Shown here piece after piece: positions 1 through 8,609 of a DNA stretch of 64,000 nucleotides. Numbering within the stretch: position 1 is the first letter of the stretch; each line of letters starts with the position of its first letter. The DNA comes from a virus: the IMG/VR virus record IMGVR_UViG_3300045135_002242, positions 1 to 64,000 of that record, one strand, 5' to 3'. A program made the translations under genes and the position numbers. The notes beneath the pieces are model-generated. The model had not been told where the DNA came from. It searched no databases and saw only the letters and a list, made by a program, of their open reading frames with translations.

Positions 1-303
1 CAGTTTGGTTACGATATGACTAAACTAAAAGAGTATGAAACAGCAGTAAAGCTGAATCTTACTAAGTCTATGGATAAGATCCGTAACGACTATCCTGAGA
101 TGCAATGTGATAGCGCAAGCTATGATAATGTATCCTGTGGTATCTTTGATTGGCATTCAGAGAATGAACTAGAGGTGTTCACTACTGGTGAGAACCTCAA
201 CGACAGCAGAGGACGGGCTATCAGCCAATGCCTAAAGAAAGTAGCTAACCCAATCAGCATGAAAGACTTCAGAAGCGCACTAGTAATAACTTACGAGGAG
301 TAA
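1..303 (+). CDS. Phage RNA polymerase subunit 1, C-terminal part (5'-truncated by window edge)
   Basis: Frame open from base 1; DSRGRA...ANPISMKDFRSAL matches the T7-type RNAP segment DxRGRxY...NPQGxDxxK. Confidence 0.75.
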   Translation, partial: QFGYDMTKLKEYETAVKLNLTKSMDKIRNDYPEMQCDSASYDNVSCGIFDWHSENELEVFTTGENLNDSRGRAISQCLKKVANPISMKDFRSALVITYEE

Positions 304-307
304 CAAA

Positions 308-556
308 ATGGGAACACAAGTAACAATTACTGTAGATGACTTATATCTAGAGCAAGTAGACACCTTTAGAACAATGGAAGAACAGGTTCAATATATTGCT
401 GAAGTGCTATCAACTAAAAGCATTGCTGAAATGCTGCTTAGAAACCGAAATAGGACAGAATATGACCAATCTGGTATTACTATAGTCGGTATGCCAGAAG
501 CTTTAACTAAAAAGTCATATAACAAACAATGGGCTTATGCTCTCACACGCAAGTAA
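308..556 (+). CDS. Hypothetical protein between the two RNAP subunit genes
   Basis: 82-aa ORF, GAGGAG SD upstream. Confidence 0.7.
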   Translation: MGTQVTITVDDLYLEQVDTFRTMEEQVQYIAEVLSTKSIAEMLLRNRNRTEYDQSGITIVGMPEALTKKSYNKQWAYALTRK

Positions 557-583
557 TGCAAATTAACAAAGTGGAGGTACGTT

Positions 584-1696
584 ATGCGTACAGAATGTAA
601 CGCCGTATTCCTGTTTATCGCAGAACTGAATGGAAGTTTTGTTCCGGGCACAGGCACTGTGGAGGACAAGATTGTGAAAGGCCAAATGGACTATATCAAA
701 TCTACTGTTCCTGAGCTGGATGTGGATGATGAAGAAGATCGTAAGGATCTTCATGAAGTTATCTGGCTTGAGCGGCTGTATGATGAGCTTGATCGTTACT
801 TTGACATCGGGAATACTGCAGAAGAAAGGTTTGCAGCTATCTCGGCAGAAGACTATCGTCAAGATAGTTTCAAATGGACAGTTCCTATCGAGCTGGACGC
901 AAGTGCGTCAATGCTTCAATACGAAGGTATCCTTCTAGGGGATAAGAGGCTAATGGAAATGACTAATGTCATCGGAAAGACTCTACAAGACCCCTGGAAG
1001 CTTGATGGTATGTCACGTACTATGCTGAAGAAAGCAGCAACACCTATGCTCTACGGGTCTGCTAGAGCTTGTCATGAGCTGTGGCAAAGCAACAATATCA
1101 GCTATACAGCAAAAGACATTGAGCTGTACTCTAAAGAACTAGCGGATGGTCCTTTCGGGCTAGCAAACTTGCTAAAAGAGTTCATCATTAATAACGCAGA
1201 TCCAAAAACAGAAATGAAAGTAAAGATCTGGAATGAGGAGTTCAAAATCAGCTGCAACCGCTACCGAAATGTGGGAGAAAAGACTAAAGCATACAAGATC
1301 TGGGATAGCGTTGATGAACAATACAATATCGTATTGCATACTGATACAAAGAAAGTACCTGATCTAAAGCAATTTAAACGTTACTTCATGACCCTACTTG
1401 TCCATAATTTAGACAGCCAAGTAGCAAATACTGTTATCGGTAAAGTAATGGAAAAGTATGATTGGGGTATTCCAATTCATGATGCGTTTATTGTCTCCCC
1501 TGCTGCTGCAGAAGACGTACGTCGTTGGTATGCTGAAGAACTAGAGAAGATCTACGAGAATCGTAAACAGATTCTAGCAGATTTCTTCAAAAGCATTGGC
1601 ATTACCTCTGCCGCAACAAAGCAATGGGAAGACCTTAAAACTAAGGTTGTACCGTTTGAAGGTGAATTCAAAGCTAGCCCAATGGCTCTTAAATAA
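584..1696 (+). CDS. Phage RNA polymerase subunit 2 (catalytic half, T7/N4 RNAPII type)
   Basis: Motif A IELDASASMLQ, motif B RTMLKKAATPMLYG, motif C IHDAF; GGAGG SD. Confidence 0.9.
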   Translation: MRTECNAVFLFIAELNGSFVPGTGTVEDKIVKGQMDYIKSTVPELDVDDEEDRKDLHEVIWLERLYDELDRYFDIGNTAEERFAAISAEDYRQDSFKWTVPIELDASASMLQYEGILLGDKRLMEMTNVIGKTLQDPWKLDGMSRTMLKKAATPMLYGSARACHELWQSNNISYTAKDIELYSKELADGPFGLANLLKEFIINNADPKTEMKVKIWNEEFKISCNRYRNVGEKTKAYKIWDSVDEQYNIVLHTDTKKVPDLKQFKRYFMTLLVHNLDSQVANTVIGKVMEKYDWGIPIHDAFIVSPAAAEDVRRWYAEELEKIYENRKQILADFFKSIGITSAATKQWEDLKTKVVPFEGEFKASPMALK

Positions 1697-1702
1697 CTAA
1701 TA

Positions 1703-1738
1703 AGGTCGATACCCGAAAGGGTGTCGGCTTTATTTTTT
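1703..1738 (+). terminator. Rho-independent terminator after RNAP2
   Basis: GTCGATACCC-GAAA-GGGTGTCGGC stem followed by TTTATTTTTT. Confidence 0.8.
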
Positions 1739-1906
1739 GGCTAAAGCAGCTTCAAGGCCGTAAACCTTATTATAGATCTCAGCTCTACTAACTCCAATAT
1801 CCTTAAGCTCTTTATCGCTCATATGGTGTAGCTGCCAATAAGCGGCTCTACGTTCTTGCACTTCCATCAAACTAGCCATTAAGGTCTTAAAAAATCTCTT
1901 AATCAT
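1730..1906 (-). CDS. DUF1127 (YjiS-like) small protein
   Basis: RRAAYWQLHHMSDKELKDIGVSRAEI is the DUF1127 signature; ATG at 1906 preferred as start. Confidence 0.85.
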   Translation of the reverse strand: MIKRFFKTLMASLMEVQERRAAYWQLHHMSDKELKDIGVSRAEIYNKVYGLEAALAKK

Positions 1907-2011
1907 AGCATTACCTACCAATATAATTAAACTAGAGTAATACTAGCATCTAACAAGGCAAGGCTGCTCTAGCTTTTTTTGCATGCTTGCTATGATATAA
2001 AGGAATAATGA

Positions 2012-2034
2012 TTTTTTTTTTTTTTTTTTTTTTT
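2012..2034. repeat. T23 homopolymer
   Basis: 23 consecutive T between divergent genes. Confidence 0.9.
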
Positions 2035-2093
2035 AGATAGAAGATAGAAGAAAGAATGCCTTAAAGTGCTAACTAACGAGAGGAAATATACTA

Positions 2094-2624
2094 ATGTTTG
2101 TTAGAAATAGAATTTACAGGACTAGAAATGGGTTAAAAGCAAAATTCACAGGTAAAATTGATGATGATGGTGATTATCATTTTATGGTAGATAAGCTGCG
2201 AGTGTATACAGCTGATGGTAATCACGGAGGGTACTCAGGCATTATTACTCCTAACCCCAACTTTGACATTGTAAGTGAAGATAAAAACGAAAAAAGGAAA
2301 AAAGATATGACAAACTACGACGATGGCAAATGGCATGGATGGAACGGCGGCGAATGCCCAGTGCATCCTGAAACAGTGGTGCAAATGGTTTGGCAGTTCT
2401 CAAAAGGTGACATCCGTCCCGGAAAAGTAAATGGGCGCGCCAAAGAATACATCTGGGAGGGAAATGATAGCGGCAACATCGTAGCATTCCGAGTCATCAA
2501 AGAATACCGTGAGCCGCGTGAATTTTGGGTAAACATCGCGTCCGGTGCGGTATGTGAAAGTGATGGTGTATTTTTCGGGACAACTTTCCCAAACGTTATA
2601 AAGGTCCGCGAGGTACTAGAATGA
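2094..2624 (+). CDS. Two-domain hypothetical protein (N-terminal domain paralogous to 5526..6254)
   Basis: YxTRxG...DGxHGGYSGI...DIVSE shared; second domain begins at MTNYDDGKWHGWNGGECP. Confidence 0.75.
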   Translation: MFVRNRIYRTRNGLKAKFTGKIDDDGDYHFMVDKLRVYTADGNHGGYSGIITPNPNFDIVSEDKNEKRKKDMTNYDDGKWHGWNGGECPVHPETVVQMVWQFSKGDIRPGKVNGRAKEYIWEGNDSGNIVAFRVIKEYREPREFWVNIASGAVCESDGVFFGTTFPNVIKVREVLE

Positions 2625-3072
2625 CAACTAGTGGCTTACTGTCTTAATATTTTCATAGCTAGGGGAAATAAACACTATGACTGGCCTGAGCCTGAGAGAA
2701 CAGATTGCCCGCATCCTCGCAGCGGCCCGGGATGAGGCGCTGGAGGAAGCTGCGCGCGTGGTGGACATCGAGTATTAAATGCACAAGGATTATCGGAACG
2801 CAAGGAGAAAGCGTATGCATGATTTTATTAGGTAGGGGCTGGCACCCCGAACAACTGCCAGTCGACTGACGGTAGCACCGGCACCTAAGACCGGCCCCGA
2901 CACAGGGGAGATACTGTGTCACCCAAAGAATGATCGACTGCACTCGAACCCCACGGAGGCACACCATGTATCGCCGCTAATCCCGGCACTGCGCCTGAGC
3001 ATGCAAAGAAACTGCTCACCTCACGTTTCCGACGAGCCCCACCCGGGTTCCTCCGAGCCGTGAGCTCACACC

Positions 3073-3096
3073 ATCCGCTGGAGAATCACATGAACA
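3073..3096 (+). repeat. 24-nt direct repeat, copy 1 (SD + start)
   Basis: ATCCGCTGGAGAATCACATGAACA; 23/24 identical to 4882..4905. Confidence 0.9.
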
Positions 3097-3587
3097 TCGA
3101 AACATTCGACGCCCCCAAAGGGCATACGATCGAGATCCACTACGACGATCACCCGGAAAGCCCGCGGGAATGGGGCCACGACAGCACATTCTGGACCTTC
3201 CACAGCCGCTACTGCAGCCCTGATCCCGACCCCGATCCGGACTACGATCTGTCGGACTGCGTCTGGCTCCCGGTCTTCATGTATGACCACGGCGGCGTGG
3301 CCTATAACACGACCGGTTTCCACTGCCCGTGGGACAGCGGATGTGTGGGCTTCATCTTCATCCCCAAAGCCAAAGTCCGCGAAATCCACGGTTGGAAGCG
3401 GATCACCAAGGCCCGCGAGGAGCAGGTCAAATCCCAGCTCAAATCCGAGGTCGAGATCTACAGCCAATGGGCCAACGGCCAGGTCTATGGTTTCATCACC
3501 AAAGATCCTGACGGCGAGGAAATCGACAGCTGCTGGGGCTTCTACGGTTTCGACTACTGCATCGAGGAGGCGAAGGCATGCATCTGA
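3090..3587 (+). CDS. Hypothetical phage protein
   Basis: GGAG SD then ATG 3090; LPVFMYDHGG...CPWDSG...DSCWGFYG. Confidence 0.8.
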   Translation: MNIETFDAPKGHTIEIHYDDHPESPREWGHDSTFWTFHSRYCSPDPDPDPDYDLSDCVWLPVFMYDHGGVAYNTTGFHCPWDSGCVGFIFIPKAKVREIHGWKRITKAREEQVKSQLKSEVEIYSQWANGQVYGFITKDPDGEEIDSCWGFYGFDYCIEEAKACI

Positions 3588-3760
3588 CTGATGAACGCTA
3601 CTGGCTCTCGTTTCGGCAGATCGTCGGCCGCGTATTTGGGGACCGTTTGATCGGTCCCTTCCCCTCCCCTGAAACCGCCCGGGCCGCATGGCGCGAACAC
3701 TGGTCGAAACAGGCCAACTGCTTCGCACCATCGGTCTTTTACAAGGAGTTCGACCTATGA
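3578..3760 (+). CDS. Hypothetical protein
   Basis: GAGGAGG SD; coupled to neighbours. Confidence 0.65.
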   Translation: MHLTDERYWLSFRQIVGRVFGDRLIGPFPSPETARAAWREHWSKQANCFAPSVFYKEFDL

Positions 3761-4086
3761 CCATCTACGTCGACAACCAACCGAACTATCTCACATCGAC
3801 CCCGCCCCCGTTGCGGCAGATGCGCTTCGATGTCCTTGCCCGTGGTGAGGTGATCTACACCGACGAGGATGACTACTGCGAACCGACCAAGCAGACATTC
3901 CTGGTCGAGATCCGCGAGGCCAATGGGGACGTCCGCGACTTCAAGCATCTGCTGTCCCGCGCCCTGTCTCCGAACCGCTGCTACTGCGAACATGACTGCT
4001 GCGGCCACCGCCACGGCTTTGCCGATGTTCGTCTCTTTGACTTCGACCGCGCCGAGGTGACGGTCTACACCGCGAGGAATTTCTGA
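3757..4086 (+). CDS. Hypothetical Cys/His-rich protein
   Basis: AAGGAG SD, ATGA overlap; CYCEHDCCGH motif. Confidence 0.7.
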   Translation: MTIYVDNQPNYLTSTPPPLRQMRFDVLARGEVIYTDEDDYCEPTKQTFLVEIREANGDVRDFKHLLSRALSPNRCYCEHDCCGHRHGFADVRLFDFDRAEVTVYTARNF

Positions 4087-4352
4087 TGAAACGCACCTTC
4101 ACTGATCTGAGCACTGCTCATCTGAAACCCGGCCACGTCCACAAGATGGATCGGCTAATCCGCCATGGTGGGCTGACCGTCGGCTACGTGAACGACTGTG
4201 GGTTCTTCATCCACATCTCGTTCGCGGCCAGTGGGCACTGCCCGGAACCCCTGCGGCACATCCTGATGAACGTGGACACCGACTATGTCTGCTTCGACGC
4301 CGACGCGCCGATCAACCCCGATTTCGAGACCTTTCTGGAGGAATGGGAATGA
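4086..4352 (+). CDS. Hypothetical protein (DUF5983-like)
   Basis: DLSTAHL...YVCFDADAP pattern. Confidence 0.6.
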   Translation: MKRTFTDLSTAHLKPGHVHKMDRLIRHGGLTVGYVNDCGFFIHISFAASGHCPEPLRHILMNVDTDYVCFDADAPINPDFETFLEEWE

Positions 4353-4810
4353 AACGTATCCAGTTCAACACCGGACGCCTGTACCAGGCCGACGGCCAGC
4401 GGATCACTGCGGTCGAGGACGACGAGGGCCACGTGTTCTTCTGCGACCATTCGCGGATGATCGACGGACGACTGACCAATAACCCGTTCCTGACAGAAAC
4501 CGCGGTTCTGTCGCAATACGACAAAGGCCACTACGAGCTGTATCCGATCCCGCAGCCTGTCCGCGACCTCCTGGAATGGCAGGAACCCGAGACACCGGTT
4601 CAAATTTTGAACCGCTACACGGACCAGATCGAGGATCTGCGGAATGACATGCTGTTCGACGAAGATCTCGAGATCGACGGCATCGCTGAGATGAAGTTCC
4701 TGCAGGCCCTGTCCCTGCTGGAACAGGCCCACCACGTCATGAAGGAGGCGATATCGTCTGAAGTGACCCGGCACACTCATTTCATAGGGTTCCGGGGCGA
4801 AGAATACTGA
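4349..4810 (+). CDS. Hypothetical protein
   Basis: GGAGG SD, ATGA overlap; FNTGRLY...GQRI...DHSRMIDG. Confidence 0.7.
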   Translation: MKRIQFNTGRLYQADGQRITAVEDDEGHVFFCDHSRMIDGRLTNNPFLTETAVLSQYDKGHYELYPIPQPVRDLLEWQEPETPVQILNRYTDQIEDLRNDMLFDEDLEIDGIAEMKFLQALSLLEQAHHVMKEAISSEVTRHTHFIGFRGEEY

Positions 4811-4881
4811 TCCGCGATCAAGGTCTTCGGCCCGCCCAACCACATCTCTCAACACTCGTGGCAGGACCACGAGATCTGGTA

Positions 4882-4905
4882 ATCCGCTGGAGGATCACAT
4901 GAACA
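4882..4905 (+). repeat. 24-nt direct repeat, copy 2
   Basis: ATCCGCTGGAGGATCACATGAACA. Confidence 0.9.
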
Positions 4906-5153
4906 CTGAACTGCTGACCAAGATCAGCGACTGGCTCAAGGCCGGTGCGCTCGAAGGCCCTGCCTGGTTCGCATGGTACAACAACCCAGACGGAGACCGC
5001 ATTCGATTCGTCCGCGCCAACACCATTACCGCCCTAGAGGAGGAGAACAAACGGTTGCGGGAGGCGCTTGGAAAAGTGCGTGACGGGTATGGCCCGAACC
5101 ACCTAAGCAAGTACGCACGGGATATTGCCAGCGCAGCACTGAAGGGCGAATAG
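4899..5153 (+). CDS. Hypothetical coiled-coil protein
   Basis: GGAGG SD; ITALEEENKRLREAL. Confidence 0.65.
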   Translation: MNTELLTKISDWLKAGALEGPAWFAWYNNPDGDRIRFVRANTITALEEENKRLREALGKVRDGYGPNHLSKYARDIASAALKGE

Positions 5154-5247
5154 ATAGCAACCTGCGACAAAAACCTACGACCGATCCAAGTTATCGTCGT
5201 GTTGAAAGTAGCCCCTTTCTCTATGCCACCAGAATAAGGAGACCACC

Positions 5248-5460
5248 ATGCCACCTAAAACCCCTAAGTATTGGGAGTGCGTTCAAGCTGAAAGCCCCTT
5301 CTATATCCGAGGCAAGATCTACGAACTTGTGCAAAACGACTCTGGAGCTTATGGTTTCATCGCAAGCGATGGGTTATTTGATCGAAAGTCACAAGTGGTG
5401 AGCAAGTTCAAGCCTTCCACTGAAGAAGAGTTCAAGGGGCAGCTTAAAGCTGTCTCCTGA
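5248..5460 (+). CDS. Hypothetical protein
   Basis: TAAGGAG SD, 70 aa. Confidence 0.7.
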   Translation: MPPKTPKYWECVQAESPFYIRGKIYELVQNDSGAYGFIASDGLFDRKSQVVSKFKPSTEEEFKGQLKAVS

Positions 5461-5525
5461 GCTTCAAAGTCCCCGCAAAACCTCCAACAAACTACTATTT
5501 TAGGGTAAACAACTAGGAGTAAAAC

Positions 5526-6254
5526 ATGTCAATCTACCTCGAAGAAGGTAAAACCTACAAAACCCGTGATGGACGTAAGGCTATTTGGAGGCGTGGTCCA
5601 GACTCTGACGGTGACATTTGTTTGTATGTCGAAGATGACAAGGAACGACTATACAAGAAAGATGGCCAACATGGTGGCTACAGTGGTATTCTAAAGAGAG
5701 ATTCAAACCTCGACATCGTATCTGAGTGGTCAGAAGAACAGTCTGTGAAACAACCTAAATATAGATGTCTTCTTCAAGACCTCGATGTCCGCAAAGGAGA
5801 TGTTGTCCGTATGGTTTGGAACAATATCCTTATGCATGAGTCTGATCAGGTAGAGACAATCACAAAAGACGGCAGTTACTCTTTTAGGTCTGGTGACTCT
5901 GGGCACGGTTTTGATATTGTATCTCGAGCTGAAGATACCGCATACAAAAAAGTCAAAGATATGTCTGACGCTGAGCTTGGTGCCTTGGTTCATGCCAGTA
6001 ACTCCGGTGAAGATATCGAGGTACGCAGAGAGGGGTCTTCTTGGAGATACATTAGCACACCCTCATGGGAGGGAGACTACTACTACCGTGTTAAGCCTAA
6101 ACCCACTCGTGATCGCTTTCTAATGGATGTGTCCAAAAGTGGTTTCCCTTATGTGGGAACACAATCTAATAAACCTACACACAGTTTGACATTCGTCTGG
6201 GAAGATGGTGAACTGGTTGACGTGGAGGTGCGGAAGTGTCAACTGCCTACGTAA
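5526..6254 (+). CDS. Multi-module hypothetical protein
   Basis: AGGAG SD; N-terminal domain paralogous to 2094..2624. Confidence 0.8.
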   Translation: MSIYLEEGKTYKTRDGRKAIWRRGPDSDGDICLYVEDDKERLYKKDGQHGGYSGILKRDSNLDIVSEWSEEQSVKQPKYRCLLQDLDVRKGDVVRMVWNNILMHESDQVETITKDGSYSFRSGDSGHGFDIVSRAEDTAYKKVKDMSDAELGALVHASNSGEDIEVRREGSSWRYISTPSWEGDYYYRVKPKPTRDRFLMDVSKSGFPYVGTQSNKPTHSLTFVWEDGELVDVEVRKCQLPT

Positions 6255-6418
6255 TTGAAGAAAAAGAAGGCAAAGCTGTCTTGTACTCTATTGTCACACA
6301 AAGCGATACTTGGTACGGTAAAAATCACAAATTTAAAAACTTCGTATGTGAAGGCACTCTTGAATACTGCTCTAAAATAAAAGAAAGGCTTCAACCTAAA
6401 GGCTTTAAAGGAGAGTAA
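6236..6418 (+). CDS. Hypothetical protein
   Basis: GGAGG SD, GTG start. Confidence 0.6.
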   Translation: MSTAYVIEEKEGKAVLYSIVTQSDTWYGKNHKFKNFVCEGTLEYCSKIKERLQPKGFKGE

Positions 6419-6421
6419 CAC

Positions 6422-6523
6422 ATGGAAAATTTCTACAACCTGATGTACCAAGCGGACTTTTACAAGGTATCCCACAAAGCACAGTATCCTGAGAATGTCA
6501 CGAACGTGTCGTCAGTCAACTAA
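6422..6523 (+). pseudogene. nadV: Truncated nicotinamide phosphoribosyltransferase (NAMPT/NadV) N-terminal remnant
   Basis: MENFYNLMYQADFYKVSHKAQYPENVTNVSSVN*: DxYKxSH..QYP is the NAMPT N-terminal motif; AAGGAG SD. Confidence 0.7.
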
Positions 6524-6555
6524 GGGCATGGAAAAGAATCTGGGCAGAAACGGGG

Positions 6556-7314
6556 ATGCCGGGGTATTTAGACTACCCGTCTACCGTATACACAGTGGGT
6601 TATGTTCGTGCTGACCTACACGAGGAACTACTGAAGGCTGCTGATGAGTTGGCTAATGCTGCCGAAGACGTGGACCGTGTTAACTATAAAAACGACGAGC
6701 TTGTCGCCGCCATCATTGAACTACTCAAGGGCGCTGCGGCGCCGTTGGAGTGGCGTCTGGCGTACGACCACTGGGAAGCCAACACCGCGCTTGGCAGCTA
6801 CGAGGTCGGAGACGCTGGTGGCAACACTGCGTTCGTCTCTTTCCCCCACGAGGGGGCGCGCAAAACGATCCGCGTCTCACCGTTCGATGAGGGGCGCGCC
6901 GTGGCCGAGGCGATCCATACTCGCGCCCAGATCATCGCAGCGCAGCGGGTGAAGTGCAACGACAATGGTCAATTCGAGGCTGCTGCTTTCTGCAAAAATC
7001 TGCTTGTCTACATAGACGCCCTCAAGTCCACCACCCCTGCCCCGCTATTTGTCTCTAGCCGCAGCATCCAGATGGACGCCCCGAGCGAAGATTGGCAGGA
7101 ACACGCAGACAAGGCATCGGCTATTATACGCGGTTCGGCACAGCGCGAAGTAACCGTGCAGGAGGCGGTGCTTTCGTTAATCCCGATGCTTCATGAAAAA
7201 CACATCGCATTTTACGAAGCAAAGGGAAGAGACCCGAAGGACTACACGTCTAAATTCTCTGTCGCGGCGGACACCATCCGCACTCTAGTCAAGGAGGGGC
7301 AGAGCGATGACTAA
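6556..7314 (+). CDS. Mosaic hypothetical protein (GC-rich)
   Basis: 252-aa ORF, higher GC than flanks. Confidence 0.6.
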   Translation: MPGYLDYPSTVYTVGYVRADLHEELLKAADELANAAEDVDRVNYKNDELVAAIIELLKGAAAPLEWRLAYDHWEANTALGSYEVGDAGGNTAFVSFPHEGARKTIRVSPFDEGRAVAEAIHTRAQIIAAQRVKCNDNGQFEAAAFCKNLLVYIDALKSTTPAPLFVSSRSIQMDAPSEDWQEHADKASAIIRGSAQREVTVQEAVLSLIPMLHEKHIAFYEAKGRDPKDYTSKFSVAADTIRTLVKEGQSDD

Positions 7315-7687
7315 ACCAGTAGAAACTTTCAGGGAAATACAAGACCATATCGGCGGGTGTTATGATGGATACTGCGTTATTAAAAAACCAGTAGGAATGC
7401 ATACAAATGGCGGGTGTAACTGCCTAGAAGACATGAACTTTCAAGACCGACAAAAGGTCGGACAGCTTCTCAGAACAGCACAAAAAGTAGTTGACACTGT
7501 AATCGCTTTAGAGCTTGAGAACAAGCAACTACGGCAGGCTCTGGCTAGAGTGTTGGAGTATCACCGAGAAGAAGCTGAGCTATGCGACGAGCTTTGCAAT
7601 GACCTTGGGCGTGTTCATCATATAGGACAGATGAATATGTACCTGGGAGTTCTTAACCAAAACAAGGAGAAGATAGATGAAGTTTGA
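7307..7687 (+). CDS. Hypothetical protein
   Basis: GGAGG SD; GCxDGYC...GMHTNGGCxC motif. Confidence 0.7.
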   Translation: MTKPVETFREIQDHIGGCYDGYCVIKKPVGMHTNGGCNCLEDMNFQDRQKVGQLLRTAQKVVDTVIALELENKQLRQALARVLEYHREEAELCDELCNDLGRVHHIGQMNMYLGVLNQNKEKIDEV

Positions 7688-7898
7688 GTACGACGACAAA
7701 GAGAACCAATCTGAAGTGATTGCTGCACTGTACAAGTTTAGTGGGGGTCCAAACCTCTGTTTAGCTATCAAGGCTGACAACGGCAAGACTGTCTGGTTCT
7801 ATCACGATGAAGACAGAGCCAGTGTTCAAAATATAGCCCTAGGTGAAAATCCAGTCAAAGAATTTCGTAAGGGTGATAAAATCACTATTACCTTCTGA
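7677..7898 (+). CDS. Hypothetical protein
   Basis: AAGGAG SD. Confidence 0.7.
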   Translation: MKFEYDDKENQSEVIAALYKFSGGPNLCLAIKADNGKTVWFYHDEDRASVQNIALGENPVKEFRKGDKITITF

Positions 7899-7909
7899 GG
7901 AGAAAACAA

Positions 7910-8380
7910 ATGAAAATTGACTACCGTATCGGAGACATGTTCAAGGATGGCCACAAGTACCTTGTTCATGGGTGTAACGCTCAGGGCGTCATGGGATCAG
8001 GAGTGGCTCTTCTTGTAAAAGAAGATTACCCCTATGCTTACCTGACGTATCGTGATAAGTTTGACAGGGTAGGACTTGAGCTTGGAGAAGTGGTTCTAGC
8101 AAAGCACCCTGACGGCCTTTCAGCAGAACACCCCACCATTTTCAACTGTATCACACAGAACAAGTATAGGAAAGATAAACGAAGGTATGTAAACTATGGA
8201 GCAGTACAAAAGTGTATGCGTTACCTGAACGCCTTCTTCCTTATTGGTAACTCGATAGAGAGGGTAGCAATGCCCATGAATGGTGCGGGGCTAGGAGGAG
8301 GTGATTGGTCAATCATTTCAAGCATCATTGAAGAAGAGGCTAAAAACTTTCAACCCGTAGTTTATGACCTTACGCCATGA
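7910..8380 (+). CDS. Macro domain protein (ADP-ribose processing)
   Basis: HGCNAQGVMGSGVA and MPxxGAGLGGGDW macrodomain motifs. Confidence 0.9.
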   Translation: MKIDYRIGDMFKDGHKYLVHGCNAQGVMGSGVALLVKEDYPYAYLTYRDKFDRVGLELGEVVLAKHPDGLSAEHPTIFNCITQNKYRKDKRRYVNYGAVQKCMRYLNAFFLIGNSIERVAMPMNGAGLGGGDWSIISSIIEEEAKNFQPVVYDLTP

Positions 8381-8609
8381 TGCGTTAGTACTAACTTAAG
8401 TTATGCCAAAAGAGTTAAAACAACGTTACGTCCTTGCATACTAAAAACATAAGTGAATACTTATACGTTTAAGCTAAGGAATATGTTGAACCCAGTTGTT
8501 AAGACGACAAAAAAGCAAAATACTCGCATACAAAAGCAACCAAAACTCGCAGAACTAAACGTAAAAATAAAAGCTAATAAACAAACCATCTATAATTAAG
8601 GAAACTATT

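Larger units (their letters stand above)
2680..5250. mobile_element. GC-rich horizontally acquired gene island (boundaries approximate)
   Basis: Abrupt switch to G/C-ending codons relative to AT-rich flanks; ATGA-coupled small genes. Confidence 0.7.

Noticed and set aside
3066-5254. Long minus-strand ORFs in the GC island (3066..3764, 4283..4870, 4895..5254)
   Set aside because: Shadow ORFs caused by high GC3 in the plus-strand genes, which have SDs and coupled starts.
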